Assembly: GCA_964016885.1 (NCBI GenBank) | Contig: OZ024744.1 | Span: 121,954,001-122,018,000, forward strand | Source of the DNA: Eledone cirrhosa | Taxonomy: Eukaryota | Direction of reading: 5' to 3' | DNA: 64,000 nt | In this document: positions 57,801 to 64,000 of the stretch, in pieces | Layout: each line of letters starts with the position of its first letter | How positions within the stretch are numbered: the first letter of the stretch is position 1 | Made by a program: the position numbers and the translations under genes | Notes under the pieces: generated by a model | Database searches by the model: none | Seen by the model: the letters and a program-made list of their open reading frames with translations, nothing else | Told to the model about the DNA's origin: nothing

Positions 57801-60800
57801 CCCTTCACAACATCCATCACTACATCTATTCCTCTCACCCAGTCACTTTCATACTTCCTCAACACATAACCCAACCATCTCACACTATCTCTCTTCCCAA
57901 CATCCATCACTACCTCTGTTACTCTCACCCAGTCACATTCATACTTCCTCAACACATGACCCAACCATCTCACACTATCTCTCTTCACAACATCCATCAC
58001 TACCTCTGTTCCTCTTACCCAGTCAAGTTTATCCTTCCTCAACACATGACCCAACCATCTCACACTATCTCTCTTCACAACATCCATTACTACCTGTATT
58101 CCTCTCACCCAGTCACTTTCATACTTCCTCAACACATGACTCAACCATCTCACACTGTCTCTCTTCACAACATCCATCACTACCTCTATTCCTCTCACCC
58201 AGTCACTTTTATACTTCCTCAACACATGACCCAACCATCTCACACTATCTCTCTTCACAACATCCATCACTACCTCTATTCCTCTCACCCAGTCACTTTT
58301 ATACTTCCTCAACACATGACCCAACCATCTCACACTATCTCTCTTCACAACATCCATCACTACCTCTATTCCTCTCACCCAGTCACTTTTATCCTTCCCA
58401 AACACATGATCCAACCATCTCATACTATCTCTCTTCACAACATCCATCACTGCCTTTATTCCTTTCACCCAGTCACTTTATCCGTCCTCAACACATGACC
58501 CAACCATCTCACACGATCACCCTTCACAACATCCATCACTACCTCTATTCCTCTCACCCAGTCACTTTCATACTTCCTCAACACATGACCCAACCATCTC
58601 ACACCATCTCTCTTCACAACATCCATCACTACCTCTGTTTCTCTCACCCAGTCACATTCATACTTCCTCAACACATGACCCAACCATCTCACACTATCTC
58701 TCTTCACAACATCCATCACTACCTCTGTTTCCCTCACCCAGTCACATTCATAATTCCTCAACACATGACCCAACCATCTCACACTATCTCTCTTCACAAC
58801 ATCCATCACTACCTCTATTCCTCTCACCCAGTCACTTTTATCCTTCCCAAACACATGACCCAACTATCTCATACTATCTCTCTTCACAACATCCATCACT
58901 ACCTTTATTCCTTTCACCCAGTCACTTTATCCGTCCTCAACACATGACCCAACCATCTCACACGATCACCCTTCACAACATCCATCACTACCTCTATTCC
59001 TCTCACCCAGTCACTTTCATACTTCCTCAACACATGACCCAACCATCTCACACTATCTCTCTTCACAACATCCATCACTACCTCCATTCCTCTCACCCAG
59101 TCACATTCATACTTCCTCAACACATGACCCAACCATCTCACACTATCTCTCTTCACAACATCCATCACTACCTCTATTCCTCTCACCCAGTCACTTTTAT
59201 CCTTCCTCAACACATGACCCAACCATCTCACACTATCTCTCTACACAACATCCATCACTACCCCTATTCCTATCACCCAGTCACATTCATACTTCCTCAA
59301 CACAGGACCCAACCATCTCACACTATCTCTCTTCACAACATCCATCACTACCTCTATTCCTCTCACCCAGTCACTTTCATACTTCCTCAACACATGACAC
59401 AACCATCCCACAGTATCTCTCTTCACAACATCCATCACTACCTCTATTCCTCTCACCGAGTCACATTCATACTTCCTCAACATATGACCCAACCATCTCA
59501 CACTATCTCTCTTCACAACATCCATCACTACCTCTATTCCTCTCACCCAGTCACTTTTATTCTTCCTCAACACATGACCTAACCATCTCACACTATCTCT
59601 CTTCACAACATCCATCACTACCTCTATTCCTCTCATCCAGTCACTTTTATACTTCCTCAACACATGACCCAACCATCTCACACTATCTCTCTTCACAACA
59701 TCCATCACTACCTCTATTCCTCTCACCCAGTCACTTTCATACTTCCTCAACACATGACCCAATCATCTCACACTATCTCTCTTCACAATATCCATCACTA
59801 CCTCTATTCCTCTCACCCAGTCACTTTTATCCTTCCTCAACACATGACCTAACCATCTGACACTATCTCTCTTCACAACATCCATCACTACATCTGTTCC
59901 TCTCACCCAGTCACTTTTATACTTCCTCAACACATGACCCAACCATCTCACACTATCTCTCTTCACAACATCCATCACTACCTCGGTTCCTCTCACACAG
60001 TCACTTTCATACTTCCTTAACACATGACCCAACCATCTCACACTATCTCTCTTCACAACATCCATCACAACCTCTATTCCTCTTACCCAGTCACTTTTAT
60101 CCTTCCTGAACACATGAACCAACCATCTCACACTATCTCTCTTCACAACATCCATTACTACCTGTATTCCTCTCACACAGTCACTTTCATACTTCCTCAA
60201 CACATGACCCAACCATCTCACACTATCTCACTTCACAACATCCATTACTACCTCTATTGCTCTCACCCAGTCACTTTTATCCTTCCTCAACACATGACCC
60301 AACCATCTCACACTATCTCTCTTCACAACATCCATCACTACCTCTATTCCTCTCACCCAGTCACATTCATACTTCCTCAACACATGACCCAACCACCTCA
60401 CACTATCTCTCTTCACAACATCCATCACTACATCTATTCCTCTCACCCAGTCACTTTCATACTTCCTCAACACATGACCCAACCATCTCACACTATCTCT
60501 CTTCCCAACTTCCATCACTACCTCTGTTTCTCTCACCCAGTCACATTCATACTTCATCAACACATGACCCAACCATCTCACACTATCTCTCTTCACAACA
60601 TCCATCACTACCTCTGTTCCTCTTACCCAGTCAAGTTTATCCTTCCTCAACACATGACCCAACCATCTCACACTATCTCTCTTCACAACATCCATCACTA
60701 CCTCTATTCCTCTCACCCAGTCACTTTCATACTTCCTCAACACATGACCCAACCATCTCACACTATCTCACTTCACAACATCCATTACTACCTCTATTGC

Positions 60801-63800
60801 TCTCACCCAGTCACATTCATACTTCCTCAACACATGACCCAACCATCTCACACTGTCTCTCTTCACAACATCCATCACTACCTCTATTCCTCTCACCCAG
60901 TCACATTCATACTTCCTCAACACATGACCCAACCATCTCACACTGTCTCTCTTCACAACATCCATCACTACCTCTATTCCTCTCACCCAGTCACTTTTAT
61001 ATTTCCTCAACACATGACCCAACCATCTCAGACTATCTCTCTTCACAACATCCATCACTACCTCTATTCCTCTCACCCAGTCACTTTTATCCTTCCACAA
61101 CACATGACCCAACCATCTCACACTATCTCTCTTCACAACATCCATCATTACCTCTATTCCTCTCACCCAGTCACTTTTATCCTTCCTCAACACATGACCC
61201 AACCATCTCACACGATCACTCTTCACAACATCCATCACTACCTCTATTCCTCTCACCCAGTCACTTTCATACTTCCTCAACACATGACCCAACCATCTCA
61301 CACTATCTCTCTTCACGACATTCATCACTACATCAATTCCTCTCACCCAGTCACTTTTATCCTTCCTCAACACATGACCCAACCATCTCACACTATCTCT
61401 CTTCACAACATCCATTACTACCTGTATTCTTCTCACCCAGTCACTTTCATACTTCCTCAACACATGACCCAACCATCTCACACTATCTCTCTTCACAACA
61501 TCCATTACTACCTCTATTGCTCTCACCCAGTCACTTTTATCCTTCCTCAACACATGACCCAACCATCTCACACGATCACCCTTCACAACATCCATCACTA
61601 CCTCTATTCCTCTCACCCAGTCAATTTAATACTTCCTCAACACATGACCCAACCATCTCACACTATCTCTCTTCACAACATCCATCACTACCTCTATACC
61701 TCTCACCCAGTCACTTTCATACTTCCTCAACACATGACCCAACCATCTCACACTATCTCTCTTCACAACATCCATCACTACCTCTGTTCCTCTCACCCAG
61801 TCACTTTTATCCTTCCTCAACACATGACCCAACCATCTCACACTATCTCTCTACACAACATCCATCACTACCTCTACTCCTATCACCCAGTCACATCCAT
61901 ACTTCCTCAACACAGGACCCAACCATCCCACACTATCTCTCTTCACAACATCCATCACTACCTCTGTTCCTCTCACCCAGTCACGTTCATACATCCTCAA
62001 CACTTGACCCAACCATCTCACACTATCTCCCTTCACAACATCCATCACTACCTCTATTCCTCTCACCCAGTCACTTTCATACTTCCTCAACACATGACCC
62101 AACCATCCCACAGTATCTCTCTTCACAACATCCATCACTACCTCTATTCCTCTCACCCAGTCACTTTATCCTTCCTCAACACATGACCCAACCATCTCAC
62201 ACTATCTCTCTCCACAACATCTATCACTACCTCTATTCCTCTCACCCAGTCACTTTCATACTTCCTCAACATATGACCCAACCATCTCACACTATCTCTC
62301 TTCACAACATCCATCACAACCTCTATTCCTCTTACCCAGTCATTTTTATCCTTCCTCAACACATGATCCAACCATCTCACACTATCTCTCCTCACAACAT
62401 CCATCACTACCTCTATTCCTCTCACCCAGTCACTTTTATCCTTCCTCAACACATGACCCAACCATCTCACACTATCTCTCTTCACAACATCCATCACTAC
62501 CTCCATTCCTCTCAGCCAGTCACATTCATACTTCCTCAACACATGACCCAACCATCTCACACTATCTCTCTTCACAACATCCATCACTACCTCCATTCCT
62601 CTCAGCCAGTCACATTCATACTTCCTCAACACATGACCCAACCATCTCACACTATCTCTCTTCACAACATCCATCACTACCTCTATTCCTCTCACACAGT
62701 CACTTTCATACTTCCTCAACACATGACCCAACCATCTCACACTATCTCTCTTCACAACATGAATCACAACCTCTATTCCTCTCACCCAGTCACTTTATCC
62801 TTCCTCAACACATGACCCAACCATCTCACACTATCTCTCTCCACAACATCTATCACTACCTCTATTCCTCTCACCCAGTCACTTTCATACTTCCTCAACA
62901 TATGACCCAACCATCTCACACTATCTCTCTTCACAACATCCATCACAACCTCTATTCCTCTTACCCAGTCACTTTTATCCTTCCTGAACACATGAACCAA
63001 CCATCTCACACTATCTCTCTTCACAACATCCATCACTACCTCTATTCCTCTCACCCAGTCACTTTTATCCTTCCTCAACACATGACCCAACCATCTCACA
63101 CGTTCACCGTTCACAACATCCATCACTACCTCTATTCCACTCACCCAGTCACTTTCATACTTCCTCAACACATGACCCAACCATCTCACACTATCTCTCT
63201 TCACAACATCCATCACTACCTCCATTCCTCTCAGCCAGTCACATTCATACTTCCTCAACACATGACCCAACCATCTCACACTATCTCTCTTCACAACATC
63301 CATTACTACCTGTATTCCTCTCACCCAGTCACTTTCATACTTCCTCAACACATGACCCAACCATCTCACACTATCTCTCTTCACAACATCCATCACTACT
63401 TCTATTCCTCTCACCCAGTCACTTTTATCCTTTCTCAACACATGACCCAACCATCTCACACTATCTCTCTTCACAACATCCATCACTACCTCTATTGCTC
63501 TCACCCAGTCACTTTTATGCTTCCTCAACACATGACACAACCATCTCACACTATCTCTCTTCACAACATCCATCACTACCTCTATTCCTCTCACCCAGTC
63601 ACATTTATCCTTCCTCAACACATGACCCAACCATCTCACACTATCTCTCTTCACAACATCCATCACTACCTCTATTCACTCACCCAGTCACTTTTATCCT
63701 TCCTCAACACATGACCCAACCATCTCACACTATCTCTCTTCACAACATCCATCACTAACTCTGTTCCTCTCACCCAGTCACATTCATACATCCTCAACAC

Positions 63801-64000
63801 ATGACCCAACCATCTCACACTATCTCCCTTCACAACATCCATCACTACCTCTATTCCTCTCACCCAGTCACTTTTATCCTTCCTCAACACATCACCCAAC
63901 CATCTCACACTATCTCTCTTCACAACATCCATCACTACCTCTATTCCTCTCACCCAGTCACTTTCATACTTCGTCAACATATGACCCAACCATCTCACAC

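Larger units (their letters stand above)
1..64000. repeat. 90-bp tandem satellite array, about 711 head-to-tail monomers, open at both window edges
   Basis: Seen directly. The monomer starts at 1, 91, 181 and so on, and the last partial copy starts at 63979 (711x90 minus a net 12 bp of indels). Copies typically differ from consensus by a few substitutions. I noticed no non-repeat sequence or orientation switch. Confidence 0.99.
1..64000 (-). mobile_element. Monomer is a probable relic fragment (30 codons) of an RTE-clade non-LTR retrotransposon ORF C-terminal region; not an intact element
   Basis: The minus frame reads GIEVVMDVVKRDSVRWLGHVLRKD(K/E)SDWVR. This matches the recalled RTE-family pattern 'LGIxxIxDxxRxxRLRW(F/L)GHVxRxDxxxW' that lies downstream of the RT domain and just before the 'GxRxRGRPxxxW' motif. 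No RT, endonuclease, UTR or target-site duplication is present. No database search was run. Confidence 0.75.

Noticed and set aside
1-64000. CRISPR array or other repeat-spacer/cassette system
   Set aside because: There are no unique spacers. The entire 90 bp is conserved and the variation consists of scattered shared point substitutions. No cas, recombinase or RT gene is present, and the repeat is not palindromic.
1-64000. Telomeric repeat or canonical G-quadruplex array suggested by the G-rich minus strand
   Set aside because: There is no short telomeric unit, and each 90 bp has only two widely spaced GGG tracts, so canonical G4 motifs are absent.
1-64000. Centromeric function
   Set aside because: Satellite organisation alone does not establish it. 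I recognised no CENP-B box or known centromeric family, and ChIP or cytological data would be needed.
1-64000. Strict 180-bp dimer of alternating KDKS/KYES monomers
   Set aside because: The subtypes occur in runs of variable length (for example three KDKS in a row at about 30.4-30.6 kb) rather than in strict alternation.

Overview
The whole 64 kb window is one uninterrupted, head-to-tail tandem array (satellite DNA) of a 90-bp monomer, about 711 copies, and both ends run off the window. The + strand consensus is acatgacccaaccatctcacactatctctcttcacaacatccatcactacctctattcctctcacccagtcacttttatccttcctcaac (about 44% GC, 2 G per 90 nt, no CpG). I see no genuine genes, RNA genes, CRISPR spacers, insertions or inversions. 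The long ORFs are a by-product of a monomer length divisible by 3 with three stop-free frames. The main observation is that the minus-strand frame, GIEVVMDVVKRDSVRWLGHVLRKDKSDWVR, resembles the conserved post-RT C-terminal motif of RTE-type non-LTR retrotransposons. The satellite therefore appears to be a 30-codon piece of a LINE coding region amplified hundreds of times. This is recognised from memory of the motif, not from a database search. Diagnostic monomer variants recur in conserved order and reveal an irregular higher-order structure of nested duplications (3, 5, 16, 32, 37/38, 45, 56, 93, 95 and about 337 monomers), with divergence apparently rising toward the right end. The DNA is probably eukaryotic, but the organism cannot be determined from this window.
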